A program made the translations under genes and the position numbers. Of a stretch of DNA of 64,000 nt, positions 10,427 through 19,329 are shown piece by piece; positions within the stretch are counted from its first letter, which is position 1, and each line of letters opens with the position of its first letter. The stretch comes from Candidatus Delongbacteria bacterium (GTDB lineage Bacteria; CAIWAD01). The stretch covers positions 569,727 through 633,726 of the forward strand of contig JACKCN010000001.1 in assembly GCA_020634015.1 (NCBI GenBank), in the 5' to 3' direction. The notes beneath the pieces are model-generated. The model searched no databases. It was not told the DNA's origin and was given only the letters and a program-made list of their open reading frames with translations.

Positions 10427-11134
10427 TCAGTTGTCGGACTCCTTGAATCGGTAGCCCACACCACGCACGGTTTCGATGTAGAGCGCGGCGTCACCCAGCT
10501 TGCGACGCAGGCCCACGACCTGCACGTCCACGGCGCGTTCGGTCACGGGATAGCCCTCCCCGCGCACCGCGTCCACGATCTGGTAGCGGGTGAAGACCCA
10601 GCCCGGACGTCCCGCCAGCAGATGCAGCAACTGGAATTCGGTGTAGGTCAGCTCCACCACCTCGCCATTGAGGCGCAGCTGGTGCTTGCCGGGATAGATC
10701 TCGATCGGCCCGCGCCGGATGACCCGCGGTGGCTCCTCGCCCACCGGCGGCTCCACCGCACCACGGCGACGCATCACGGCACGGATGCGTGCGCAGAGCA
10801 GGCGTGGGCTGAAGGGTTTGGTGATGTAATCGTCGGCACCGTGTTCCAGGCCGCGGATCATGTCGCCTTCCTGGCCTCGCGCGGTCAGCATGATCACGGG
10901 AATCCGCGCCAGGTCGGGGTTGGAGCGAAGTTCGCGACAGATGGTGTTGCCATCGCTTCCGGGCAGCATCAGGTCCAGCAGCACCAGGTCGGGGCGCAGG
11001 TCTTCGATGGCCTTGAGGGCACGGGCACCATCGGCCACGTGATCGCAGGCGAAGCCGTCCCGGTTCAGGGTGAACTGGATCAGCTCGGCGATGTCCTCTT
11101 CGTCTTCCACCACCAGAATGCGCGTGCGGGCCAT
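10427..11134 (-). CDS. phoB: OmpR-family response regulator, PhoB-like.
   Basis: Receiver domain (ILVVEDEEDIAELI...LDLMLPGSDG...ITKPF) plus a winged-helix output (TYTEFQLLHLL...GVGYRF). Lies 10 bp upstream of the kinase. Confidence 0.85.
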   Translation of the reverse strand: MARTRILVVEDEEDIAELIQFTLNRDGFACDHVADGARALKAIEDLRPDLVLLDLMLPGSDGNTICRELRSNPDLARIPVIMLTARGQEGDMIRGLEHGADDYITKPFSPRLLCARIRAVMRRRGAVEPPVGEEPPRVIRRGPIEIYPGKHQLRLNGEVVELTYTEFQLLHLLAGRPGWVFTRYQIVDAVRGEGYPVTERAVDVQVVGLRRKLGDAALYIETVRGVGYRFKESDN

Positions 11135-11420
11135 TGACTGTTCTCCCCGGGCGGCAATGCCGGGATTGTGTTCCTGGGGTGCGAGTCGCCGATTCATGGG
11201 TCCTCCCTGGGCGCTGGAAACGGAGCGGGCAGGACGGACACGGCGGACAAACAACGGGGCCACAATATGGAAGCCCGGCGATGGATGCAAACCTGCGGGC
11301 CTCACTCTGGGCGGCCCCGTCCGTCCCGTTCACGGTTGACGGCGAGAGCTTCACAAGCCGGTGTTAGACCCGGGTTAGCTCAGGGAAGGAATCGGGCAGG
11401 AATGACGCGGGATCAGGCGA

Positions 11421-11936
11421 TCAGCCGGCGATCTGGCTGGCCAGCACGGTCCAGTTGGGGTTGGTGGGCAGCTCCAGGCCCTCGGCCCGGTCCAGCAGGG
11501 CGCGGAACTCGCCCAGGGTCATTTCGCGGGCCAGTTCCAGCAGGGCATGGGCCGCCTCGGGGGTCTGCCAGGGTTCGCAGAGCGCCACCAGGCGGGTGAT
11601 GTCCACTTCCTGCATCGAGAATGGCAGCCGATGGGTGGCCAGCCAGAAACAGATCTCGCGGTCCAGGTCCATGTTGCTCATCAGGACCCAGGCGCCGCGC
11701 AGGCCGAAGTGCTGGGCCAGTCGTTCCAGTACACGAATGCTCGGGCTGTGGTCCTGGTCGCGCAGCAGGGCCTGGATGCTGCCGGTACCCAGCCCCGTGG
11801 CCCGCGCCAGCGAGAGCACGCTGCTGCTCTGGCCCCCATTGCTTTCGGCCATCAACTGGCGCAGGTTGCGCGACAGCACCTGGTGCATGCGTCGCACGTC
11901 TTCATCCACGCGCTTGCGGGGTCTGGGACTGCTCAT
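11421..11936 (-). CDS. XRE-family HTH transcriptional regulator.
   Basis: N-terminal helix-turn-helix (LSRNLRQLMAESNGGQSSSVLSLARATGLGTGSIQALL). Confidence 0.55.
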   Translation of the reverse strand: MSSPRPRKRVDEDVRRMHQVLSRNLRQLMAESNGGQSSSVLSLARATGLGTGSIQALLRDQDHSPSIRVLERLAQHFGLRGAWVLMSNMDLDREICFWLATHRLPFSMQEVDITRLVALCEPWQTPEAAHALLELAREMTLGEFRALLDRAEGLELPTNPNWTVLASQIAG

Positions 11937-12047
11937 GGGGACTCCGGAAAGAGTTTCCGACCGCGCCAGCCTTGCAGGTCAGGCGTTTCCCGTAAACCGC
12001 CGACCGCCGAAGGGGTTCCCGCGGTGGTCCGCCGCGGGCCGGGCGAC

Positions 12048-12950
12048 TCAGATCGAGGACAGGGGCCCCAGCCCCAGCCACCCCAGCATGGTGAAGACCA
12101 GCAGCAGCTGGGCACTCAGGCGATTCCAGCCGTGAGCGGCTTCCGACTCGGGCAGGCGCCACAGCCTGAAGGCCGCGCGCTGAAGCAGCAGCAGGCCCAG
12201 CAGGGTCACCAGACTCCAGAAACCCAGTGGGCTGAAGCGATCGGCCAGCAGACCCAGCGCCGTGCAGCCGGAAGCCAGCCCCAGCAGGGCCGCTGCGCTG
12301 GTGCCGAAGCGGGCGGCCAGAGTTTCCTTGCCTGCCAGGCGATCGGCGGGGGCGTCGGTCAGAGTGCTGCCCAGCGCTCCGGGCATGGCCAGCAGAAACA
12401 GCCCAAGCCATTCGTCGGGAGCCAGCAGGCCCCAGGTCCCGCCCGCAAGCAGCAGCCCCAGACCGGGAAGCACGAAAGCCACTCCCGATGCCTGCAGCAG
12501 CTCGCCGCCGCCCTCGTAGTTCAGGCGCAGGGGACGAAAACTGTAGGCGTGCAGCAAGGCGATCCCGGCCAGGGCCAGGGCGGGCGCACGCCAGTCGCCC
12601 AGCAACAGCCCGGCCAGCAGGCACAGCCCCAGGAATCCGGAGGCCGCCAACAGGCCCGCACGCCGCAGCGTCGCTGCCGGAATCAGGGCATCCACCAGCA
12701 CACGCGATCCACCGGAAAAGAGGGTGGGGCGTGGATTCAGTCGGTCGGCGGCCTGGTCGGCCACTTCATTGAGGAACACGATGGCCAGTTGGTCCAGCCA
12801 GCAGGCAACCAGCAGCAGCAGCAACCAGCCGCTTCCACCCGCGGCACCGGCGTCCGTGGCCAGAAACCAGCCCGCGAGCGCGGGAGGCCAGATGTTGCCC
12901 AGAGAAAGTGGACGCGCGGCTTTGATCCAGTGATGCACTCGGGCGTTCAT
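12048..12950 (-). CDS. UbiA-superfamily prenyltransferase, MenA-like.
   Basis: Eight to nine TM helices, Asp-rich motif NEVADQAADRLNP and the conserved LNYEGGGE motif. Paralog of 25304-26287. Confidence 0.7.
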   Translation of the reverse strand: MNARVHHWIKAARPLSLGNIWPPALAGWFLATDAGAAGGSGWLLLLLVACWLDQLAIVFLNEVADQAADRLNPRPTLFSGGSRVLVDALIPAATLRRAGLLAASGFLGLCLLAGLLLGDWRAPALALAGIALLHAYSFRPLRLNYEGGGELLQASGVAFVLPGLGLLLAGGTWGLLAPDEWLGLFLLAMPGALGSTLTDAPADRLAGKETLAARFGTSAAALLGLASGCTALGLLADRFSPLGFWSLVTLLGLLLLQRAAFRLWRLPESEAAHGWNRLSAQLLLVFTMLGWLGLGPLSSI

Positions 12951-13178
12951 GGGCGGGACCGATCGCCCGGGGCGGGAGCTGCAGGACAGGCATGTGTGAC
13001 ACACGGGCTTGCGCCGGGGACCATCGCGAGCACCTCAACTGGAACATGACTTGCGAACGCACTCAATATACGGCGGGAATGCGGCGGGAGGCCGAGCCCC
13101 ACGAAAAAGCCGCCCCCGGGCAAACGGAGGCGGCATGCATCGAACAGGGAGTCGCCGGGCATGGCGGCCCGGAATGCG

Positions 13179-14465
13179 TCAGATATGCAGTCCCCAGAAT
13201 TCGCGGGCCTGCTTTTCCAGTTCCTCGCGGAAATCGGGATGGGAAATCCGGATCAGTTCCCGGGCGCGCTCGCGCAGACTGCGGCCCTTGAGATTGGCCA
13301 CGCCGTACTCGGTGACCACGTACTGCACATGGGCACGCGTGGTGACCACGCCGGAGCCCGGGGCAAGCATCGGGGCAATGCGCGAGACCTTGCCGCCGGC
13401 CGCCGTCGAGGGCAGCGCGATGATGGCACGGCCTCCGGGCGAGAGGGTGGCCCCGCGGATGAAGTCCATCTGGCCACCCACGCCGGAATAGATGCGGGTA
13501 CCAATGGAATCGGCGCAGACCTGGCCCGACAGATCCACCTGGAGCGCGCTGTTGATCGCGGTCACATTGGGATTGCGCCGGATGTTGGCCGAGTCGTTCA
13601 CGTACTCAACATCCAGGAAGACCACTTCAGGATTGTCGTCCACGAAGTCGTAGAGGCGCCGCGTGCCCATGGCGAAACTGGTGACGATCTTGCCGGGGTG
13701 GATCTTCTTGCGCTTGCCCGTGACGACTCCGCGCTCGACCAGATCCAGCAGCCCCTCGGCGAACATCTCGGTGTGAATGCCGATGTCCTTGTGATCGCCC
13801 AGGCATTTCAGCGCCGCATCGGGAATGGCGCCAATGCCCATCTGCAGGCAGTCGCCATCACGGATCAGGCTGGCCACGCGCTCGCCGATGGCAAGGGTGG
13901 TCTCGGACTGCCTGGCCGCGGGAAACTCGGGCAGGGGAATGTTCTCCTCATACACGGCGTGGAAGCGATTGTAGGGGATGAATGCATCACCGTGCGTGCG
14001 CGGCATGCTGGGATTGATATGGGCGATGATCTTGCGTGCCACGTCGCAGGCGGCCTTGGCGGCTTCCACCGAAATGCCCATGGTGCACATCCCGTGGGCA
14101 TCGGGCGGGCTCACCTGCAGCAGCACCGTGTCCACCCGCTGTTCCCCGGCACGGAAGTACTTGGGAATTTCCGAGAGGAACATCGGAATGTAGTCGGCGC
14201 GTCCTTCGTTGACGATCTTGCGCGTGGGCGCGCCCACGAAGAAACAGCGCAGCTGGATGTGTCCTTCCAGCTCGGGTCCGGTCACCACTTCGGCGCCTTC
14301 GGTATGCAGCATCATCAGCGTGATGTTCTGCTTGTCGCGAGCGTGGTTGGCGATGCCTTCCAGCAGACGTACCGGAGTCGCGCCCATTGAATGCACCCAG
14401 ACGTACTCATTGCTTTCGATCGAGGCGACCACCTCTTCCGGTGAATTCGCTTTATACGGTGCCAT
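13179..14465 (-). CDS. Acetyl-CoA hydrolase/transferase family protein, 4-hydroxybutyrate CoA-transferase-like.
   Basis: 428 aa. Family motifs are present (GMCTMGISVEAAKAA, QMGIGAIPDA, LSGQVCADSIGTRIYSGVGGQMDF). Confidence 0.8.
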   Translation of the reverse strand: MAPYKANSPEEVVASIESNEYVWVHSMGATPVRLLEGIANHARDKQNITLMMLHTEGAEVVTGPELEGHIQLRCFFVGAPTRKIVNEGRADYIPMFLSEIPKYFRAGEQRVDTVLLQVSPPDAHGMCTMGISVEAAKAACDVARKIIAHINPSMPRTHGDAFIPYNRFHAVYEENIPLPEFPAARQSETTLAIGERVASLIRDGDCLQMGIGAIPDAALKCLGDHKDIGIHTEMFAEGLLDLVERGVVTGKRKKIHPGKIVTSFAMGTRRLYDFVDDNPEVVFLDVEYVNDSANIRRNPNVTAINSALQVDLSGQVCADSIGTRIYSGVGGQMDFIRGATLSPGGRAIIALPSTAAGGKVSRIAPMLAPGSGVVTTRAHVQYVVTEYGVANLKGRSLRERARELIRISHPDFREELEKQAREFWGLHI

Positions 14466-14699
14466 TCCTGCCTCCTGAAACTGTTGCTGTCCCGGTCACC
14501 CCGGCCTTTTCCTGAAAACCCTATTCCGGAAGCCGCCGCGCTTGACTCCGCCGCACAGTGCCGGAAGCTAGAGCGCAGCCAACCGGCAATGGTTGACCCA
14601 CATCAATCGGCCACTCTTCGAAACGACTGGAGCGCAGGAATCGGGTGGCTTTCGGCGACTGGGTGTTCCAAGTTGGCAGCCCACAAGCGGGAGGATGTC

Positions 14700-15590
14700 A
14701 TGGAACTGCGTGAGCAGGATCTGGGCCGGATGATCCGGGCCCTGCGCCACATCGAGACACGCCGGGCCGAAGGCGCAGGCGAGAGCGGACTGGAAGAGCT
14801 GGCCCGCGTGATGGAGCTCAGTCCCGGACATGCCCAGCGCCTGTTCAAACGCTGGGCGGGGGTCTCGCCCAAGCGCTTCCAGCAGTATCTGAGTCTGCGC
14901 GACCTGCGCGCGCGCCTGGTTGCCGGCGACACGGTGGAAGCGGCTGCCTGGGCGGGCGGACTCTCGGGTCCGGGACGCCTGCACGACCTGATGGTGAGGC
15001 ACGATGCCGTCAGGCCGGGAAGCTGGCGCAGCCGTGGCGCTGGCCTGGAGCTTGTCTGGGACCTGCAGCCCGGCCCCTTCGGTCCCATGCTGCTGGCCTG
15101 CAGCCCGCTGGGTCTGTGTTTCCTGGCCTTCACCGCCGAACTGGGTCCCGAGGCGGCGCTCGCGGACCTGCGGGCACGCTGGCCCCGGGCCCGACTGGAA
15201 CAGCGCGCGGGAAGCCTTGCCGAGCTGGCTGCCACCCTGTTTCCCGGGGACGACACCGGGCGGCCCCAACTGCGACTTCACCTGATCGGCACCGAGTTTC
15301 AATTGACGGTCTGGGAAGCCCTGATGCGCATTCCGGTCGGCCAATTGCTCTGCTACGAACGCCTGGCCGGTCTCTGCAGCAGTCCCGGCGCGGTACGGGC
15401 CGTGGCCAGCGGCGTGGGCGCCAATCCGGTGTCCTGGTTGATTCCCTGCCACCGTGTGATCCGCAAGCTGGGTCTGGTGGGCCAGTACCGCTGGGGCAGC
15501 CTGGTCAAGGGCTCGCTGATCGCCTGGGAACACGGGTTTCTGCCCGGAACGGAAGAACCGGGTCTCTTCGACAACGAAGAAATGGATTGA
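14700..15590 (+). CDS. AraC-type HTH regulator fused to methylated-DNA-protein-cysteine methyltransferase (Ada-like).
   Basis: ATG at 14700 with a GGAGG RBS. N-terminal AraC HTH and C-terminal MGMT domain with the active-site PCHRVI. Confidence 0.8.
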   Translation: MELREQDLGRMIRALRHIETRRAEGAGESGLEELARVMELSPGHAQRLFKRWAGVSPKRFQQYLSLRDLRARLVAGDTVEAAAWAGGLSGPGRLHDLMVRHDAVRPGSWRSRGAGLELVWDLQPGPFGPMLLACSPLGLCFLAFTAELGPEAALADLRARWPRARLEQRAGSLAELAATLFPGDDTGRPQLRLHLIGTEFQLTVWEALMRIPVGQLLCYERLAGLCSSPGAVRAVASGVGANPVSWLIPCHRVIRKLGLVGQYRWGSLVKGSLIAWEHGFLPGTEEPGLFDNEEMD

Positions 15591-15933
15591 GCCGCACCCC
15601 TTATTCCTTTGACTCTGCGCCGCTGCGGGACTACTTTGGCGGTCCGCCCGAGCCCGGCCCAGCCGGGGCGCATCCCTGAACATTCCCGGGATCCCGGGTG
15701 GCCCCGGGGCATCCGGGACTGCTGAATCGATGACCGGCTTTCACCGCGCCGTTTCGACAATTGCCCTTGTGTCCGGATCCGCTCCATTGGAAATGCTCTC
15801 AGGTTGCCCGGCACTTCGGAGCGAACCTGGTTGGCGGCCAAATGGAAATGGTTGGGTTGGTGGAAAAGGACACTTGGGCTTTTTTCTTTCTCTTTCGGGC
15901 CGCAGGCTGGCATGACCGGCATAAAGGCACGCC

Positions 15934-17442
15934 ATGATCCCCATCGACGATCCCGACCAGCTGGCCGCGCAGGAACTGCGTGCTCTTGAATCGCATGCGG
16001 GCCACCCAGTGTGTGTGCTCTCTCCCGAACTGGACCTGCTGCGGTTTTCACCGGCCTTCGCCGGATTGTCCTCCCCGGGAACCCAGCTTCAAGCGGGAAT
16101 GTCACTGGCCGACTGGAGTCCCGAATGGGCCATCTGGTTCGCCGAGCCTGTCGCACAGGCCGCCCGCAACGGCCAGGCCCGCCAGTATCCCACACCGACC
16201 TTTCTGCAGCGCAGTGGGCTTCCGCCCTGCCTGCACCTGCTGCCCTTCCCGCTCGGCAACGGTCACGGAATGGCCGTGCGCTTTGAATTCTCGGGACCCG
16301 TGACTCAGTCCCATCGCGAACCCGCCTCCTGGAGCACGGCCAGGCGTCTGGGGCGCCTGCAATGTCTGGGGTCGCTGGCAGGCGGAGTGGCTCACCAGTA
16401 CAACAACCTCCTGCTGGGCATTCTGGGTCACAGCGAACTGCTGGTGCGCCAGTGCAAGGATCCTCAGGCCGTCGAGCAGCTTGAGCCGATCCGCCTGGCC
16501 GCCCTGCGCGCCCGTGATCTCTCGCGCGAGATCCTGGGCCTGCTGGATTGCGACGAGCCCCGCCTGGTGGCCCTGGAGCTGGACACCTTTCTTGAAAACA
16601 TCGCGCATCTGGTCAAGTTCAGCGTGCCCGCCGGCATCCGGATGGAGGCCGAAAACCCCTCGAAATCGGTGCGCGCACTGGCCGACCCGGATCACGTGCG
16701 CCTGATCCTGCTGTCCTGCCTGCTGCACGTGTCGCGCCATTCGGACAGCGAAACGGGTCAGATCAGAGTGCGCTGTGGACAGGAATCCGCGGCGAAGGCA
16801 TCCCCGCATCCCTGCTGGATCGAAGTCGAATGCCTGCAGACGGCGACACTGGCCGCGGATTCCGGCGAGGAAGCGTGTGCCATGGAACAGGAGCTCCGGG
16901 ACGCCCGCCAGAGTGCCCGGGCCCTCAATGGAACACTCGAGCACCGTGTCACCCAGACGGGCGGACTGCTCTACCGGCTGGAACTGCCGGCCGCAACCAG
17001 CCCCGAACCGCTCAGTCGCCGCTCGCAGCTGAATGGCCAGCCCGATGAAGGCCGCGGACAGCACGTGCTGGTGGTGGACGATGAGACCAGCGTGCGCGAA
17101 GTCCTGGAAAAGCTGCTGGAGTCCAGAGGATACACGGTGGAATCCGTGGAATCGGGTCAGCAGGCGCTGGCACGTGCGGCCGCAGCCGGAGCGCGTTTCC
17201 AGGTGGTACTGCTCGATCTCTCGATGCCCGGGCTGAGCGGTCAGGATACCTGCCGGGGCCTGATGGAACTGGACCCGGAGCTGCGCGTGATCCTGATGAG
17301 CGGCAACGGCACCCACAATGCCTCGCTGCCCGCGGAAACGGGGGCCAGGGCCTTTCTGCCCAAGCCCTTCACCATTCAGACCCTGTTCGGTGTGATGCGT
17401 TCGGTGCACAGCGAGCAGGATCCTCCGGGAGCCCCGCTGTGA
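15934..17442 (+). CDS. Hybrid sensor histidine kinase / response regulator.
   Basis: HisKA (AHQYNNLLLGILGHSELL), HATPase and a C-terminal receiver (HVLVVDDETSVREVLE...LLDLSMPGLSG). Confidence 0.8.
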   Translation: MIPIDDPDQLAAQELRALESHAGHPVCVLSPELDLLRFSPAFAGLSSPGTQLQAGMSLADWSPEWAIWFAEPVAQAARNGQARQYPTPTFLQRSGLPPCLHLLPFPLGNGHGMAVRFEFSGPVTQSHREPASWSTARRLGRLQCLGSLAGGVAHQYNNLLLGILGHSELLVRQCKDPQAVEQLEPIRLAALRARDLSREILGLLDCDEPRLVALELDTFLENIAHLVKFSVPAGIRMEAENPSKSVRALADPDHVRLILLSCLLHVSRHSDSETGQIRVRCGQESAAKASPHPCWIEVECLQTATLAADSGEEACAMEQELRDARQSARALNGTLEHRVTQTGGLLYRLELPAATSPEPLSRRSQLNGQPDEGRGQHVLVVDDETSVREVLEKLLESRGYTVESVESGQQALARAAAAGARFQVVLLDLSMPGLSGQDTCRGLMELDPELRVILMSGNGTHNASLPAETGARAFLPKPFTIQTLFGVMRSVHSEQDPPGAPL

Positions 17443-18134
17443 TCACTGCAACCTGGCACGGCCACTCATGCTTCGAGATCGAGCACCCGCAGGGACGCCT
17501 GCTGATTGACCCCTTCTTCACGGGCAACCCGCTGGCGCGCGTGAGTCCGGCGGACTTCGACAGGCTGGACGCGATCCTCGTGACTCACGGCCACGGCGAT
17601 CACATCGGTGACACGGTGGAACTGGCGCGCCGCAGCGGGGCGCTGGTGGTCTGCAACTTCGAAATCAGCCAGTGGATGGAAACCCGGGGCGTGCGCAGCC
17701 ATGGCATGCATATCGGCGGAGGCTGGCAGTTTCCCTTCGGCCACGTCAAGCTGACCATTGCCCATCATGGCTCCACGGGGCCTTCGGGCGAAGCCCTGGG
17801 CAATCCCTGCGGCATCGTGCTCAGCGCGGGCGGCCGCAGGATCTATCACAGCGGTGACACAGGCCTGTTTCTGGACATGCAGCTCATCGGCTCCTTTCCC
17901 GCCCCCCTCGACCTGGCCCTGCTGCCCATCGGCGACAACTTCACCATGGGCGTGGACGATGCGGTCAAGGCCTGCCAGTTCCTCAAGGCCGGACTGGCGA
18001 TTCCCATGCACTACAACACATTTCCTCCCATCGAAGCCGACCCTCACGATTTTGTCCGCAAGGTGCTGGCCCAGGGTCAGCAGGCCCGCGTGCTGGCGAT
18101 TGGCGAAAGTCTCACCCTTGAGGAGTGTGATTGA
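17439..18134 (+). CDS. Metal-dependent hydrolase, metallo-beta-lactamase fold (UPF0173 family).
   Basis: The THGHGDHIGD motif is present. GTG start overlaps the kinase stop (GTGA). Confidence 0.75.
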   Translation: MITATWHGHSCFEIEHPQGRLLIDPFFTGNPLARVSPADFDRLDAILVTHGHGDHIGDTVELARRSGALVVCNFEISQWMETRGVRSHGMHIGGGWQFPFGHVKLTIAHHGSTGPSGEALGNPCGIVLSAGGRRIYHSGDTGLFLDMQLIGSFPAPLDLALLPIGDNFTMGVDDAVKACQFLKAGLAIPMHYNTFPPIEADPHDFVRKVLAQGQQARVLAIGESLTLEECD

Positions 18135-19219
18135 TGGCGGGCAATTCCTTCGGCAGCCTGTTCCGTATGACCACCGCGGGCGAAAGCCATGGCCCGGCCC
18201 AGGTGCTCATCCTCGATGGAGTGCCCGCTGGCCTGGAACTGTCCGTGGAGGACCTGCTGCCCGATCTGCGCCGCCGGCGCCCGGGCCAGTCCGCATTGAC
18301 GACACAGCGCCAGGAAGAAGACCTGCCCGAAATTCTGTCGGGAGTGCACGAAGGGCGCTGCACGGGAGCGCCTCTGACGGTGCTGGTACGCAACACGGAT
18401 GCGCGCTCGAAGGATTATGCCGAGCTGGCGAATGTGCTGCGGCCGGGACACGCCGACCAGGCCTGGCTGGCTCGTTATGGGTTGCGTGATCCGCGTGGCG
18501 GAGGCCGGGCCAGCGCGCGCGAGACGGTCGGCCGGGTGATCGCGGGCGCCGTGGCACGCAAGCTGCTGCACACCGCGGACATTCGCGTGCTGGGCTGGGT
18601 GCGGCAGGTCGGTGACTGCGTCTGCGAGCTGGCTCATCCCGATGGCGTCAGCCTGGAACAGGTGGAAGCCAGCCCCGTGCGCTGCCCGGACCCGGCAAGC
18701 TCGGCCCGGATGGTCACGCTGGTCGAGCAATGCCGTGATGCGGGGGACAGCATCGGTGGGGTGGCCGAGATCCGCGCCTGGGGAGTGCCAGCCGGGCTGG
18801 GTGAGCCGGTCTTCGACAAACTGCGCGCCGATCTGGGCAAGGCCCTTTTCAGCCTGCCCGCCGTGGTGGGTGTGGAATTCGGCGACGGCTTCGCCAGCGC
18901 GCGCCTGCGCGGCAGCCAGCACAACGACTCCTTCGTGACCCGCGCCGACGGCAGCACGGGCACCGCCAGCAATCATCACGGTGGCATCCTTGGCGGTCTC
19001 TCCAGCGGCATGCCCATCGTGATCCGCTGCGCCGTCAAGCCCACCAGTTCCATCGCCGCCAGCCAGCGCACCGTGGATACCGAGGGCCGCCCCGTGGAGC
19101 TTGCGATCACCGGACGCCACGACCCTTGCCTGCTGCCCCGCTTCATCCCCATGGCCGAGGCGATGGTGCTGGTGACCCTGGCGGATCACTGGTTGCGCCA
19201 GCGCTGCGCCCGGGTCTGA
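18134..19219 (+). CDS. aroC: Chorismate synthase.
   Basis: N-terminus MAGNSFGSLFRMTTAGESHG matches the AroC consensus. Its ATG overlaps the upstream stop (ATGA). Confidence 0.9.
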   Translation: MAGNSFGSLFRMTTAGESHGPAQVLILDGVPAGLELSVEDLLPDLRRRRPGQSALTTQRQEEDLPEILSGVHEGRCTGAPLTVLVRNTDARSKDYAELANVLRPGHADQAWLARYGLRDPRGGGRASARETVGRVIAGAVARKLLHTADIRVLGWVRQVGDCVCELAHPDGVSLEQVEASPVRCPDPASSARMVTLVEQCRDAGDSIGGVAEIRAWGVPAGLGEPVFDKLRADLGKALFSLPAVVGVEFGDGFASARLRGSQHNDSFVTRADGSTGTASNHHGGILGGLSSGMPIVIRCAVKPTSSIAASQRTVDTEGRPVELAITGRHDPCLLPRFIPMAEAMVLVTLADHWLRQRCARV

Positions 19220-19329
19220 CACCCTCGCGCCACCCCAGCATCAATCCATAGCTTCCTCGATCTCGACCTCGTGCTCGTGCTTGTGTTCGTGGCTCGTGCA
19301 CCTTGTGGTGACTCGGGTCAGCCAGGCCC

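Noticed and set aside
11547-13049. 500-aa plus-strand ORF, Gln/Gly/Pro-rich.
   Set aside because: It overlaps the XRE regulator and the UbiA gene on the opposite strand and has no domain. High-GC artefact.
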